Source: Gammaproteobacteria bacterium (GTDB lineage: Bacteria; Pseudomonadota; Gammaproteobacteria; Magnimaribacterales; D2472). From it: a stretch of DNA of 64,000 nucleotides. The stretch covers positions 139,418 through 203,417 of the forward strand of contig JAYQKD010000001.1 of NCBI GenBank assembly GCA_038142505.1, written 5' to 3'. The notes under the pieces are model-generated. The model was not told where the DNA came from. It worked only from the letters and a program-made list of their open reading frames with translations, and searched no databases. The position numbers were made by a program, and so were the translations under genes. This document shows positions 33,551-45,375 of this stretch, in pieces (position 1 is the first letter of the stretch; the number at the start of each line of letters is the position of its first letter).

Positions 33551-33962
33551 TTATTTTGGTTCAGATGCTAATGATATTGCGCTTACTCCAGCTTCTCTTG
33601 CTCCATCCATAACCTGGATGATAGTATCTGCCATTGCTTTTTCATCAGCCTGAATAACAACCGAACCTTGTGGATTATCTGCCAATAAGTTTAACAACAT
33701 TTGCTTTTACTTGACGCACATCAATTCTTCTTCCATCCATCCATACTTCTCCAGTAGGACCAACAGCAATCAAAATAGCAGCATTTTCTTGAGTTTCAGC
33801 TGTATCAGAATCTGGTCTATTAATTTCAAGCCCGGGTTCTTTGATGAAGTTAGCAGTTACAATGAAAAATATAAGCATGATGAAAACCACATCAAGCATA
33901 GGCGTTAAATTAATTTCATCATTTTCTTCTTGAACTGCGCTTGTTATTGCATTTCTTCTCAT
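33551..33962 (-). CDS. exbD: ExbD/TolR biopolymer transport protein (frameshifted)
   Basis: EINLTPMLDVVFIMLIFFIVT. Confidence 0.93.
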
Positions 33963-33974
33963 AATAACCCTCTT

Positions 33975-34508
33975 CTAATCTATTTCTCTTTTAATAATAT
34001 CGTTAAGTTCAGATTCATGTCTTTTACTGGTACTTGTTAAATAAATTGCTGCAAACGAACCAGATAAAGCAGTAACCATACCGGCCATAGTTGGAAGTGT
34101 AGCTTTAGAAACTCCTCCAGCCATAGCTCTAGCATCACCACCACCATTAAATGCCATAACTTGGAATACCTCAATCATTCCAGTTACAGTTCCTAAGCAA
34201 GCCCAATAATGGAGCCAAAACAATACATGTTTGAATGATGCTTATATTTTTATTTATTTCCATCTTGGCTTGAGACATCATCTTCTCTCTTATTTGAAGA
34301 GCATACCAAGATTTTTTATCTTTTCTAGAATTCCATTTTTCAGCAAGACCAGCAACATATTCTTGATGTGCATGAGAAAGATACCATATTCTCTCAAAAT
34401 CATACCCCACATAAAAAATACAAGAATTGCTATTAACCAAAGCACATTTCCGCCTTGCTCCATAAAGTCTCTTATGGATGACAAGGCTTCTGTGATTGCA
34501 AATAGCAT
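33975..34508 (-). CDS. exbB: MotA/TolQ/ExbB proton channel protein (frameshifted)
   Basis: APLLGLLGTVTGMI, MAGGVSKATLPT. Confidence 0.88.
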
Positions 34509-34518
34509 AAACTATTAC

Positions 34519-35904
34519 CTACTTCTCAGCTTTTTCAGCAAGAATACCAGTGCTCTGTTCTTCAAGAATGCTTATGATTCCTCTAGCTGAAGACTGTGTA
34601 AAAGAATGAAGTAAACTTGTTGGAATAGCTACCAATAAACCTAATACAGTTGTAACAAGAGCTTGTGAAATACCACCAGCCATAAGCTTAGGATCTCCTG
34701 TTCCATACAAAGTAATCATTTGGAAGGTCACAATCATACCTGTAACAGTTCCTAAAAGACCTGCTAAAGGTGCAATGACTGAAATAATCTTTATAAATCC
34801 AATACCTTGTTCAATTGCTGGTCTTTCTGCCATTATTGCTTCAGCAAGCTTTAACTCTAATGTATCAATATCTTTATCAAAGTTATCTTTACCAACTTTT
34901 AGGACTCTTCCAAGTGGATTTGCTGAATCAGCTGCATCTTGACCAGCCTGTTTTCTAACTGCAGTTCCAATCATGTACAGACTATATAATTTATAGAATG
35001 CAAATAAGAACAGCAATAATACCAACAGCAATAATTGCATAACCAACTTCTCTACCCTGTTGAGCTCTTTCCATTAAAGATGGAGTTTGTATCAGATTGG
35101 CCAGCAAGCTGCCACCAGTAGGTCCTGTTGGGTCTACACCAAACTTAACTTGATCACCAGCTTCTGCATCACCTATTTTGCTTGCTGTTTTAGTATATCT
35201 GCCTGCAGGCTGTCTAGGTAAAAAAGCATACTGTCCTTTTGAAGTTGCATATTCTAAGTATTTACCATCACAAACAGCATTAAATAAGACCAACTCTAGT
35301 AACATTACATTCAGAAGTTTCACCATCTACATCTATTACATCTGTTGTAAATGATACAACCTGACCACTAGCCACCATTTCTCTTTGAAGTTCATACCAA
35401 AGTCCTTCAATCTCTCTAATAGTTGGAAGTTCAGTTGTCTCTGACATTTTGCCTGTTAATGCATTTAAGAATTTAACTCTATCTTGACCATATTCAGCAC
35501 CTGTTAAGTGAGCCTGAAAATTGAACAGCTGCTTCTCCTGCTGAACTTTGAAGATGTCCAAATAGCTCAACCAATGAGCCCAACTCTTTTTGATAAGCTT
35601 CTTCTTTAACTCTTAAAATTTCTTCGTTCTTTTTATATTCAGCCTCAAGCGTATCAGCAATTTTTTCTTGTCTTGCTAACTCTCTTTTTTCAGCTGCTAA
35701 AATAGAAGCCTGCTTATTTTTATTAGACATAAATTCTGCTTCTCTCTGAGAATTTGCAGCTTGTTCTTGAGTTTTACCTTCTTTAACTAATGCTAAAAGA
35801 GCTTCAACTGTAGATACTTCAACTACCTCTTCTGAATTTTCTTGAGAAGAAATAAAGCCACTAAATAATATTAATAATGCTGGAATTATATAAAGTTTTT
35901 TCAT
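34519..35904 (-). CDS. Large MotA/TolQ/ExbB-family protein (TtpC-like), three frameshifts
   Basis: Periplasmic coiled coil, VDPT, C-terminal APLAGLLGTVTGMI...DPKLMAGGISQAL. Confidence 0.85.
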
Positions 35905-36653
35905 TACACCTCTCCTTTAACAACTGGCATCATTAACATATCTGTAGGAGCTAATTTTTTAGCCATTCTAATACCATCTCTGATTGGTTTTCTGTATGAA
36001 CCAGGAAGTTCATCCCATGTTCCTGTAGTATTGTTCCATCTGCCACTAGATTGCTCATCTTTAGTTTGATAGAACATGCCAATTCTTCCAATAACTAAAA
36101 TATTAACAACAGTTCCATCTTCAAGTGTACTTTCATAGGTATCAATTTTTCTACCGTATTCAGCCTCAATGTTATAGGCTTCTAATACCTGTCTAACTTG
36201 CTCAGAAGCTGTAACTTTAGGTTTAGCTAAAGAAGATCTAACTAAGTCAATTCTGTTTTGTCTTTCTTCAATCCTGAAGGGAGTATCAAGAGAGATAAAA
36301 GATTCTAAACTTTCAAGCATTCTTTGAGCTAAAGGAGGTATTTGTCTTTGCATAACAACAACCTGAACAAGTTGATCATCTAGCTTGTCCATTAACTCCA
36401 ATTGAGCAGCGATTTGAATTCTTTTTTGTTCGTTATAAAGCTTTAAACCTTCAACTTGTTTAGAAACAGCCTTGTATTCATTAATAATCTTATCTGTTTG
36501 TCTTTCTGTTGTATCAATTCTGTCTTGAGATTTTGCTGATAGCATTTGATTATCTCTTCCAACTTCGAGAACACTTTCCATATCAGAGGATGAAAGCATT
36601 CCAGAAATGGAGACGATTATGCACAGCTGCACTATATTAAATTTATTTTTCAT
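35904..36653 (-). CDS. DUF3450 protein (TtpB-like)
   Basis: LDTPFRIEERQNR, VLEAYNIEAEYGR, GRIGMFYQT; first gene of the TonB2-type operon. Confidence 0.85.
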   Translation of the reverse strand: MKNKFNIVQLCIIVSISGMLSSSDMESVLEVGRDNQMLSAKSQDRIDTTERQTDKIINEYKAVSKQVEGLKLYNEQKRIQIAAQLELMDKLDDQLVQVVVMQRQIPPLAQRMLESLESFISLDTPFRIEERQNRIDLVRSSLAKPKVTASEQVRQVLEAYNIEAEYGRKIDTYESTLEDGTVVNILVIGRIGMFYQTKDEQSSGRWNNTTGTWDELPGSYRKPIRDGIRMAKKLAPTDMLMMPVVKGEV

Positions 36654-36729
36654 AAATATCTCCCTAAAAGTCTTCAACATATTACCAGTCATAGACCAAT
36701 AATTAAACTTTTTTTGTAAAGCATTTTTA

Positions 36730-37608
36730 TCAAAGTTTTGTAAATTCTTTTTTTAACCTTTTAAAATTCAACCACAATACAGGTGTACTAGATTTATATT
36801 TTTTATAATTTTCATCATGTCCCCATTTTATATCAGCCCTAGCTTCTAACATTCTTACGCCACTTACATATACAAGAAGAATATATGTAAATATTGGTGA
36901 TATAAGAGTTAAGTATTGCCACCCATCTAAAGAGGAAAATGACATAACAGCAATGCCTGCCCAAAGAACTATTTCACCAAAATAATTTGGGTGTCTTGAT
37001 TTGGCCCATAACCCTGTAGTAATGAATTTATCCCTATTTTCAGGAAAAGATCTAAATTTAGATTTCTGATTATCTGCAACAATTTCAGTACTAAAACCAA
37101 GTACAAATAAACCTAACCCAAAATAGAACAATGCGTTAACAACTACTCCGCTATCTGATGAGATTGCTGTTAAAGCGCACATTGAACATAAAGAAACCCA
37201 TAGTCCTTGCAATGTCCATGTCATAAAAAATTGAGTTGCTGAGGGCTTTATGGTTCTAAATCTTTTATCTTCCCCATCTTTATGTATTCGCATAAACAAA
37301 AAACTGCCTAGTCTTAGGGCCCATAAGGAAATCAGCAAAACAATAACTGTATTTGCTAAATTGGCATTAGCAAAATCACCAGAAGCTAAAATCAATGCAC
37401 ACCAAGTTACAGATAGATAGGTAAGACTTCCTGTTAAATCATAAAATTTTTCTGTCTGGAAAACATATGCAGGAATATATGCCACCCACTGAATTAAAAA
37501 TGCCAAAATTACCACTCTTAAAACATTCTCGATACCTGTTGCTGCTGCAATTGAAATCGCAATAAAAAATACAACCAATGATATTAATAAATTAATTAAT
37601 GCTTTCAT
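36730..37608 (-). CDS. DUF1295 / steroid 5-alpha-reductase-like membrane protein
   Basis: EKFYDLTGS, DGEDKRF, GLWAKSRHPNYFGE. Confidence 0.85.
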   Translation of the reverse strand: MKALINLLISLVVFFIAISIAAATGIENVLRVVILAFLIQWVAYIPAYVFQTEKFYDLTGSLTYLSVTWCALILASGDFANANLANTVIVLLISLWALRLGSFLFMRIHKDGEDKRFRTIKPSATQFFMTWTLQGLWVSLCSMCALTAISSDSGVVVNALFYFGLGLFVLGFSTEIVADNQKSKFRSFPENRDKFITTGLWAKSRHPNYFGEIVLWAGIAVMSFSSLDGWQYLTLISPIFTYILLVYVSGVRMLEARADIKWGHDENYKKYKSSTPVLWLNFKRLKKEFTKL

Positions 37609-39426
37609 CATTCACTCCATCCACAAATTCTGTTTTCATTTTGAGCATCAAGCCACTCCTTGAGTGGCTCATAGTAATTCACAATAGAGCTACCACTTAG
37701 TTTTCTTGTGCCCGTTAAATTTTCAAACGCATCTTGCCATGGGGCACTTTGCCCCATTGCCATAGTTGAGATAATTTTTTCTCCAGCATATTCGTTGCCA
37801 TAAATAGAACATTCATGCAAAGGTCCATCAAAACCCATCCCGTTGCATAATGATTCATGAAACTGATATTGCATTATCCTCGCTAAATAATATCTAGTAT
37901 ATGGCGTATTTCCTGGTATGTGATATTTAGCTCCGGGATCAAAATATTCCTCTGACCTGTTTGATGGAGGTTTAATTCCTTGATACGACTCTCTTAAATC
38001 CCACCATGATTGATTTAATTCATCTTGTCCGGTTTCACCATTAAAGACTCCTGCTCTCCACTTATCTAGCATTAAAGCCCAGGGAACAACAACAACACCC
38101 TCTAGAGCTTGCTTCATTAATAAACCAATGGCATCTTCCTTCACTTCTTCTGCCTCTACCTCAGATATAAAACCAATATTTTTAAGGTAATCAGGAGTAA
38201 TTGACAATGTTAAAAGGTCGCCAAATGCTTCATGAAAACCATCATTGGCTCCTCCCTGAAATAAAGTTGGTAAATGGTTGTATGCTTGATAATAAAAGAT
38301 ATGGCCTAACTCATGATGAATAGTTATAAAGTCTTCTTCATTCTTTTCTATACACATTTTAATTCTAAGATCATTCTTTGCTGGATCTAGGTTCCAAGCT
38401 GAAGCATGACATACAACAGACCTATCTTGAGGTTTGACAAATAATGACCTTTCCCAAAAAGTGCTCGGCAGTGGCTCAAATCCCATTGATAAAAAGAAAT
38501 CCTCTGCATACTCAACCATTTCAATTTCAGAAATGTTTTTTTCTTCAATTATTTTAGTAACATCAACAGAGCTTGTTTCTATGCTGCTTGGGTAAACAAG
38601 ATCATATATATTTGACCACGATTGTCCCCACATGTTGCCAAGAAGATGAACTGGAAGTGATTCATCTAAAGATACTATTTCATCGCCATAATATTCATTT
38701 AGTTCGCCCCTTACGTGGCAATGTAATGCATCATATAAAGGCTTAACCTCATCCCAAACTCTATCAATTTCTTCTAAAAACTCTTCAGCAGGCATATCAT
38801 ATTTACTAAACCATAAATCGCTTAATCCATCGTAACCAAGCTCTTCAGATCCTTGATTACCAATTTCAACCATTCTCATATAAAGAGGTCTCATTGGTTT
38901 TCCTATTTCATGCCATCCTTGCCATGCGCGAAGAAGTTCATCAGGATCTCTTGAGTTATCAATAATTTGTTCAAAAGCCTCTAAATCGAAGCATTCGCCA
39001 TCTTCAAAACAATACTCACCTGCTCCATACATTGCTTCAAGTTTTGTTGAAATAGAAGATAAGCTCTCCTGCCAACTCATCATTAAATGGTGGAGGCATT
39101 ACGAAACTGCTTTTTAAAAGCTCTAGTTGTCTTCTCTGAGAAGGAGAAGTTTCTAAATCATTAAATAAAGCAGCTTTTTTTGAATCTTCAAGAGATTTTA
39201 ATGTATATCTTTTACCATAATCAGCAACAATATTTTGAGAATCAAAGGTTATAAAGTTTGATCCAATCCAATATGCAGAACTAACTACAGGACCCTCTTT
39301 AAGATTGCTTTCTTCTACCTCATCTAAAAACAATTTTAAATCAGCTTCTGATACAGATTGTTCGCTAGTTTGACTGCAAGAAGTTACAATTGCACTAATG
39401 GCAACTAAAGTAAAAAATTTTTTCAT
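37608..39426 (-). CDS. M2 family metallopeptidase (ACE-like peptidyl-dipeptidase), lipoprotein; one frameshift
   Basis: HHELGH, GANDGFHEA, HLLGNMW, FDPGAKYH; lipobox VTSC. Confidence 0.92.
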
Positions 39427-39474
39427 AGTTTTCCCCGATAACAACTAATAAAATAACATAAAAATATAAATGAT

Positions 39475-40038
39475 ATGAAGATTTCAACTAACCAATTTAA
39501 AAATGGTACAAAGCTTTTAATAGATAATGCTCCTTGTTCGATTATTGAGCATGAATTCCATAAACCGGGTAAAGGTCAAGCTGTCATGCGAGTAAAATAT
39601 AAGAATCTTCTTACCGGAAATACAAACGATAAAACATTTAAATCTGGTGAATCTGCAGAAGCAGCAGATGTAAATCATAAAGATATGGAATTTCTATACA
39701 CAGATGGTGAAACTTGGCATTTTATGGATCCAAATAGTTATGAACAGATTGAGGTAGGAGCAAATGAGATTGGAGATGCAAAAAAATGGCTTGTTGGCCA
39801 AGAAACATGCGAAATTATTCTTTGGGATGAAAAACCAATTCAAGTAGACCCCCCTGTAAATGTAGAATTAAAAATTTTGAAATCAGAACCTGGCGTCAAG
39901 GGTGATACTGTCTCAGGTGCTACTAAACCTGCAGAGCTTGAGACTGGTGTTGTAATTCAAGTACCTCTTTTTGTTAATGAGGGTGAGATTGTAAAAGTTG
40001 ATACTAGAGATGAAAGCTATCTTGGAAGAGCCAAATAA
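39475..40038 (+). CDS. efp: Elongation factor P
   Basis: KPGKGQA, PGVKGDT, VPLFV, VDTR. Confidence 0.96.
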   Translation: MKISTNQFKNGTKLLIDNAPCSIIEHEFHKPGKGQAVMRVKYKNLLTGNTNDKTFKSGESAEAADVNHKDMEFLYTDGETWHFMDPNSYEQIEVGANEIGDAKKWLVGQETCEIILWDEKPIQVDPPVNVELKILKSEPGVKGDTVSGATKPAELETGVVIQVPLFVNEGEIVKVDTRDESYLGRAK

Positions 40039-41780
40039 TGATAGACACATTAAATGAAGAAATAAGTAAATTTTTGTCTTCATTTTTAGATGCTGAAGAT
40101 GAAAAATTAAGTCTAATAGAAAAAAAATGCTCATCTACTATTACTGATGATTTAGATAAGGGCCATATAACCTCGAATGTTTGCATGATAGCTGGAAGCA
40201 TTTTAAAAAAGAATCCAAAAGAAATAGCTGATGCTTTGGTTGAATGGTTAAAAAAAACAGATAACTTCCACGAGATTGAATCTGCTGGTCCCGGATTTAT
40301 AAATGTTACTCTTAAAAGATCAGATTTTGTTGCCACGGTTGATAAAATTAATAAGGACTCAAAAAAATTTGGTGAATCGGATTATGGGAAAGATAAATCA
40401 ATTCAAATTGAGTTCGTTTCAGCAAACCCAACGGGCCCTTTGCATGTTGGACATGGAAGAGGAGCTGCTTACGGAGATGCAATAGGCAGAATTCTCTCAT
40501 CCTCTGGCTATAAAGTTCAGAAAGAATACTATATCAATGATGCTGGAAGACAAATGGATATTCTTACAGCTAGTGTATTTGTAAGAATCTTTGAGAGTGA
40601 GTTAGATAATTTTTTTCCAAGAAATGCATATAAGGGGTCATATATTTCTGAAATTGCTATGGCATTCAGAGATAAAAATAATTGCAACCTAAATACTGAT
40701 GGGCATGCTCTTATAAAAGACTTGCCTAAAGATGAAGAAAAAGAAATAGATGAATTAATACTTAGAATAAAAAATACCTATGAAGCATGGCCTAAAATAA
40801 AATCTTTTGCTTTAGACGAGGTTTTAAAAACTATAAAAGAAGATCTTGAGAGTTTTAATGTATCTTTTGACAATTGGTATAGCGAATCCAGTCTCGGGAG
40901 TTTAGATGATAAAAATTCTAAAATTAAAAAAGCCATAGATACGCTTATTACAAGTAAACTTGCTTACGAAGATAACGGCGCCATCTGGTTAGACACTAGC
41001 AAAAGTGGTGATGATAAAAATAGAGTTTTAATAAGAGATGATGGAAGAGCAACTTATTTTGCGTCCGATGTTGCTTACCATAAAGATAAGATAGATAGAG
41101 GCTTTGATAAATTAATAAATGTTTGGGGAGCTGATCATCACGGCTATATAAAAAGAATTGAAGCATCAATTGAAGGTCTTGGCTTTGATAAAGAAAAATT
41201 AGATGTCCAACTTGTGCAGTTTGCAAATCTCTTCAAGGATGGAAGTAAAGTAAAAATGTCCACAAGATCTGGTGATTTCTTTTCTTTGGCTGACCTAATT
41301 AGCGAAATTGGTACTGACGCCTCCAGATTTTATTATCTTTCAAAACAAGCAGATCAGCATTTAGATTTTGATTTAGATCTAGCTAAGGCAGATAGCAAAG
41401 AAAATATTTTCTACTACATACAATATGCTCATGCACGAATATGTTCATTATTAAGAAAATATGCTGATAGCCATGGCTCAATGCCAGAAAATGCAAGCGC
41501 AATAAGCGGTGGCTCTTATTATAATTGTGATGAATTGATTCATGAAATGAGCAAATACCCCCATGTAGTTTTGAGAGCATCTATATCTCTTCAGCCTCAT
41601 TTAATTATTTACTACTTAAAAGACTTTGCTCATAGCTTCCACAGTTTTTACAACGATAATCAAGTTTTAACAGAATCTAAAGAAAATATAGATTCAATAG
41701 TTTTTTGTTTAAATGCAGCCAAAATAGTTATTGCTAACGGGCTCAAACTTTTAGGGATAGAGCCAATAGAAAAAATGTAA
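40038..41780 (+). CDS. argS: Arginine--tRNA ligase
   Basis: SANPTGPLHVGH, WGADHHGY, KMSTRSG, YIQYAHAR. Confidence 0.96.
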   Translation: MIDTLNEEISKFLSSFLDAEDEKLSLIEKKCSSTITDDLDKGHITSNVCMIAGSILKKNPKEIADALVEWLKKTDNFHEIESAGPGFINVTLKRSDFVATVDKINKDSKKFGESDYGKDKSIQIEFVSANPTGPLHVGHGRGAAYGDAIGRILSSSGYKVQKEYYINDAGRQMDILTASVFVRIFESELDNFFPRNAYKGSYISEIAMAFRDKNNCNLNTDGHALIKDLPKDEEKEIDELILRIKNTYEAWPKIKSFALDEVLKTIKEDLESFNVSFDNWYSESSLGSLDDKNSKIKKAIDTLITSKLAYEDNGAIWLDTSKSGDDKNRVLIRDDGRATYFASDVAYHKDKIDRGFDKLINVWGADHHGYIKRIEASIEGLGFDKEKLDVQLVQFANLFKDGSKVKMSTRSGDFFSLADLISEIGTDASRFYYLSKQADQHLDFDLDLAKADSKENIFYYIQYAHARICSLLRKYADSHGSMPENASAISGGSYYNCDELIHEMSKYPHVVLRASISLQPHLIIYYLKDFAHSFHSFYNDNQVLTESKENIDSIVFCLNAAKIVIANGLKLLGIEPIEKM

Positions 41781-41785
41781 ATGGC

Positions 41786-42319
41786 ATGAAAGACTACGCT
41801 AATAGAAATAAATCTAGAAAAAGAAACATCACAAGAAAAAAAACTGTATTTAGATCTAAAAAAGATAACAGTCCTCTTATATCAAAAAACATAATTTCTG
41901 GAATTATATTATTAGCATTAGCTCTAGGAGCTGTTTCATTACTATATTTTGATACAGACGTTTCTAGCATTAAACCAAGAGAAAGTTCTAATAAAATTAA
42001 AATAGATTTTCCGACATCTCTTACTAAAAATTCCGTTCTTATAGAAACAGAATCAGAAGAAAATTTCCTTTCCTGCGAGTACTTTGTTCAAATTGGGGCA
42101 TATGGCAATAAAAAATATGCTTATGAAGCAAAAGATATCCTAAATGAAATTGAGCTCATTACTATTAATGAAATATATAGCAGCTCGAAACCTGGCAAGC
42201 TATTGCATAGCGTTATAACTGGTCCCTATGAAAACAGATCAGCTGCAAATAACATAAAAGAAAAAATTACAAACAGGGGTTTTGATCCACAATTGAGAAC
42301 CTTATGCGAAAAGAATTAG
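41786..42319 (+). CDS. SPOR-domain cell division protein (FtsN-like)
   Basis: MKDYA start, TM, YFVQIGAY...TGPY SPOR domain; follows argS. Confidence 0.75.
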   Translation: MKDYANRNKSRKRNITRKKTVFRSKKDNSPLISKNIISGIILLALALGAVSLLYFDTDVSSIKPRESSNKIKIDFPTSLTKNSVLIETESEENFLSCEYFVQIGAYGNKKYAYEAKDILNEIELITINEIYSSSKPGKLLHSVITGPYENRSAANNIKEKITNRGFDPQLRTLCEKN

Positions 42320-42975
42320 AAACAAATATTAATTCTCTTGAACTCAAGATTGCTAAAGCAAGTAAAACTGTATCTAAAAACCTGGGTGACATTTTCTTAA
42401 TTGCGGTATCAAAGAAAAAAAACATTGAGCATATTAGAACAGCCCAAAATTTAGGCATAAATAATTTTGGAGAAAATTATGCACAAGAACTTGAAGAAAA
42501 AGCCAATAATATTGATGGGAATGTATGCTGGCATTTTATAGGACCTCTTCAATCTAATAAGGCAAAAATTATTGCTAAATATGCTGACTGGATACACACA
42601 ATTGATAGAAAAAAAATAGCAGACAAAATAAATGAAGAGTGTAAAAAGATTAATAAAATTATAAATGCCTGCATTCAGGTTAATATTTCAAATGAGTCAA
42701 CAAAATCAGGAATTAATCCTGAAAACCTTATGATTTTTGCTAAATATGTTGATTCTATGGAAAATATTAATTTAAAAGGCATAATGGTTCTCCCAAGTTT
42801 GGGTGAAAATAATAAAAAACAGATGCAAGACTCAAAATTGCTTCATGAAGAGCTGGTATCAGTTTTTCCTCATGCAGAATACTTGTCGATGGGAACAACA
42901 AATGATTTTGAGACAGCGATTGTATCTGGCTCTAATATGATTAGAGTTGGTGAGTTAATTTTTGGCAAAAGGTAA
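42304..42975 (+). CDS. yggS: PLP homeostasis protein
   Basis: AVSK, FGENYAQE, WHFIGPLQSNK, LSMG, IRVG. Confidence 0.93.
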   Translation: MRKELETNINSLELKIAKASKTVSKNLGDIFLIAVSKKKNIEHIRTAQNLGINNFGENYAQELEEKANNIDGNVCWHFIGPLQSNKAKIIAKYADWIHTIDRKKIADKINEECKKINKIINACIQVNISNESTKSGINPENLMIFAKYVDSMENINLKGIMVLPSLGENNKKQMQDSKLLHEELVSVFPHAEYLSMGTTNDFETAIVSGSNMIRVGELIFGKR

Positions 42976-43766
42976 TGAAAAAAATAGTTTTTTATGGATC
43001 AGGAAATATATCTCAAGCTCTAATATCGGGTTTAATATCGGCTGGATACAAGAAAAATCTTATAGAGTTTATTGATAGAAATAAAATAAACTCAAGGAAA
43101 ACTAAAAAACTCGGAGCAACAAAAACTAATCTCAAAACTATTGATACAAAATCAATTATTTTTTTGGGGGTCAAACCAAAAGATGCCATGAATGCATATG
43201 CTGAAATATGTGCAGTAGTAAAAAAACCAAAAATTGTATCCCTGGTTGCTGGCATAAAATCAAATAAATACTTATCTGAATCTAAAGATGTTGAACTTAT
43301 CAGAGCCATGCCAAACACCTCATCTAAATTTAATAAAGGTATAACCGCCATCTGTAATTGCAATGCAAATAAAACAACTTTTAATCAAGTATCCTCAATA
43401 TTTAAAAAAGTGGGCACTACTATAGATATTACCAAAGAGAATAAAATTGATGATTTTACTGGACTAATTGGTAGCGGTCCTGCCTACTTCTTCTATCTTT
43501 TAAAAGTATATGAAAAAAGAATCTTAAAACTCTGCGATGGGGATAAATCAAAAAAAGATACTATTATTTGTAATTTATTGGAAGGGGTTTCATATTCAAT
43601 TAATGATAATAGTAATCTTGATGAGCTAATTGCCTCAGTTGCTTCAAAAAAAGGAACAACCGAAGCTGGTTTAAAAAGTTTTAAATCATCAAAATTATCT
43701 CAAAATTTTGAAAAAGGGATAGCCGCAGCAATCAAGCGAGCTAAAGATATATCAGTTGAGTTCTAA
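42975..43766 (+). CDS. proC: Pyrroline-5-carboxylate reductase
   Basis: RAMPN, GSGPAY, VASKKGTT; after yggS. Confidence 0.92.
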   Translation: MKKIVFYGSGNISQALISGLISAGYKKNLIEFIDRNKINSRKTKKLGATKTNLKTIDTKSIIFLGVKPKDAMNAYAEICAVVKKPKIVSLVAGIKSNKYLSESKDVELIRAMPNTSSKFNKGITAICNCNANKTTFNQVSSIFKKVGTTIDITKENKIDDFTGLIGSGPAYFFYLLKVYEKRILKLCDGDKSKKDTIICNLLEGVSYSINDNSNLDELIASVASKKGTTEAGLKSFKSSKLSQNFEKGIAAAIKRAKDISVEF

Positions 43767-43768
43767 AA

Positions 43769-44281
43769 ATGAATGAATTATTAAGTCTAGGTTTAGGAGT
43801 TTTAAGTTATGCATTCATTTTGCTTTTTATTTTTAATTTACTGAAAATTGATTACTACAATCCAATAGTTAAGGGTTTTGTAAATATCTATAAGCCTATA
43901 TCTAAAGTATCCATTTTTTCAAATCAGCTTTATACGATATTTATTATTGCTGCTCTTCTTAGGTTTTCTAACTTTTATATTCTGTACTCATCTCAATATG
44001 ACGTATATATCCTCGGCTTAATATCATTAATTGAGGTTTTAAATACTTCACTTACAATTTTTTTCTTTTCAGTTATTGGGGCAGTTATTCTTAGCTGGGT
44101 AGCTCCTAATAGCCCTCACCCAATGCTGCAAATCATTGAAGAAATTTCTTCAAAACTTCTTGCACCAATTAGAAAATTTATACCTTCTGCTGGCGGGCTT
44201 GATTTTTCTCCAATATTTGCCTTAATCCTAATAAGGCAGTTAGAGATATTGCTAGCTAGTATAATTAGATCAATTATATGA
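43769..44281 (+). CDS. yggT: YggT family membrane protein
   Basis: DYYNP, ILSWV, PIRKFIP..GGLDFSP. Confidence 0.88.
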   Translation: MNELLSLGLGVLSYAFILLFIFNLLKIDYYNPIVKGFVNIYKPISKVSIFSNQLYTIFIIAALLRFSNFYILYSSQYDVYILGLISLIEVLNTSLTIFFFSVIGAVILSWVAPNSPHPMLQIIEEISSKLLAPIRKFIPSAGGLDFSPIFALILIRQLEILLASIIRSII

Positions 44282-45375
44282 AAACGAAAACTGAACTAAT
44301 TAAATTTAATCAAGGCTTAGATCTAGAGTCTGGAGCAAGACTAAATACATTTGATCTAATGGTTGAGACATATGGTGAACTGAATAAAGATAAAGATAAT
44401 GCAATCTTGGTATGTCATGCATTTTCAGGAAATCACCATGCTGCAGGCAAATCATCTGATAACGAAGCTTTGGGTTGGTGGGATGAAGTTATTGGTCCAG
44501 GAAAAGCAATTGACACCGATAAATTTTTTGTTGTTTGTTCTAATAATTTAGGCGGTTGCTCTGGTTCATCTGGACCACTTAGTCTTAATCCTGAAACTAA
44601 TGAATTATATGGGAAAGATTTTCCATTAGTCTCAGTAACCGACTGGGTAAACTCGCAAAAACTTTTATCTGATTATTTAGGTATTTCTAAATGGCATATG
44701 GTTGCAGGCGGAAGTCTTGGTGGTATGCAGGCTCTTCAATGGGCTATTTCATATCCCAATAAACTTAAAAAAGCAGGTATATTTGCAACAGCAACAAAAT
44801 CTAGTACTCAAAACATAGCTATGAACGAAGTTGGAAGAGAGGCTATAAGAAAAGATAAGAATTTTATGGAGGGTGATTATCTTAATCATAATGTAAAACC
44901 AAAAAGTGGGCTAAAGACAGCACGAATGCTTGGTCACATAACATATTCTTCTGAAGATATTATGGATCAAAAATTTGGTAGAAAATTTCAAGATATAAAG
45001 TCGAAAATAGAAGGAACAGTTGATTATGAGGTTGAAAATTATCTTCAATATAAAGGTGAAAAGTTTTCTGATACATTTGATGCAAATAGTTATATTTTAA
45101 TGACCAAAGCCATGGATGGTTACGATGCTTCCTATTCTACTAATGGTAGTCTTGAGGATGTTATGAAAAAGATTCAAGCTAAGTTATTAGTAGTTGGTTT
45201 TGATAGTGATTGGCTGTATCCACCTAAAAGAAGTAAAGAAATTCAATTAGCTGCAATGAATGTTGATATTGAGTGTTCATGCGTAATACTAAAAGGCGAG
45301 CAAGGTCATGATAGTTTTTTATTTGCATCTGACAGATACGTTAAAATCATTAAAGGGTTTTTAGATTCAAAATGA
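44278..45375 (+). CDS. metX: Homoserine O-acyltransferase
   Basis: CHAFSGNHH, GGSLGGMQ, DWLYPP, GHDSFL. Confidence 0.93.
   Translation: MKTKTELIKFNQGLDLESGARLNTFDLMVETYGELNKDKDNAILVCHAFSGNHHAAGKSSDNEALGWWDEVIGPGKAIDTDKFFVVCSNNLGGCSGSSGPLSLNPETNELYGKDFPLVSVTDWVNSQKLLSDYLGISKWHMVAGGSLGGMQALQWAISYPNKLKKAGIFATATKSSTQNIAMNEVGREAIRKDKNFMEGDYLNHNVKPKSGLKTARMLGHITYSSEDIMDQKFGRKFQDIKSKIEGTVDYEVENYLQYKGEKFSDTFDANSYILMTKAMDGYDASYSTNGSLEDVMKKIQAKLLVVGFDSDWLYPPKRSKEIQLAAMNVDIECSCVILKGEQGHDSFLFASDRYVKIIKGFLDSK

Noticed and set aside
31405-36653. Six-gene TonB cluster as a novel system
   Set aside because: Matches the known TtpB-TtpC-ExbB-ExbD-TonB-TPR (TonB2) organisation of marine gammaproteobacteria
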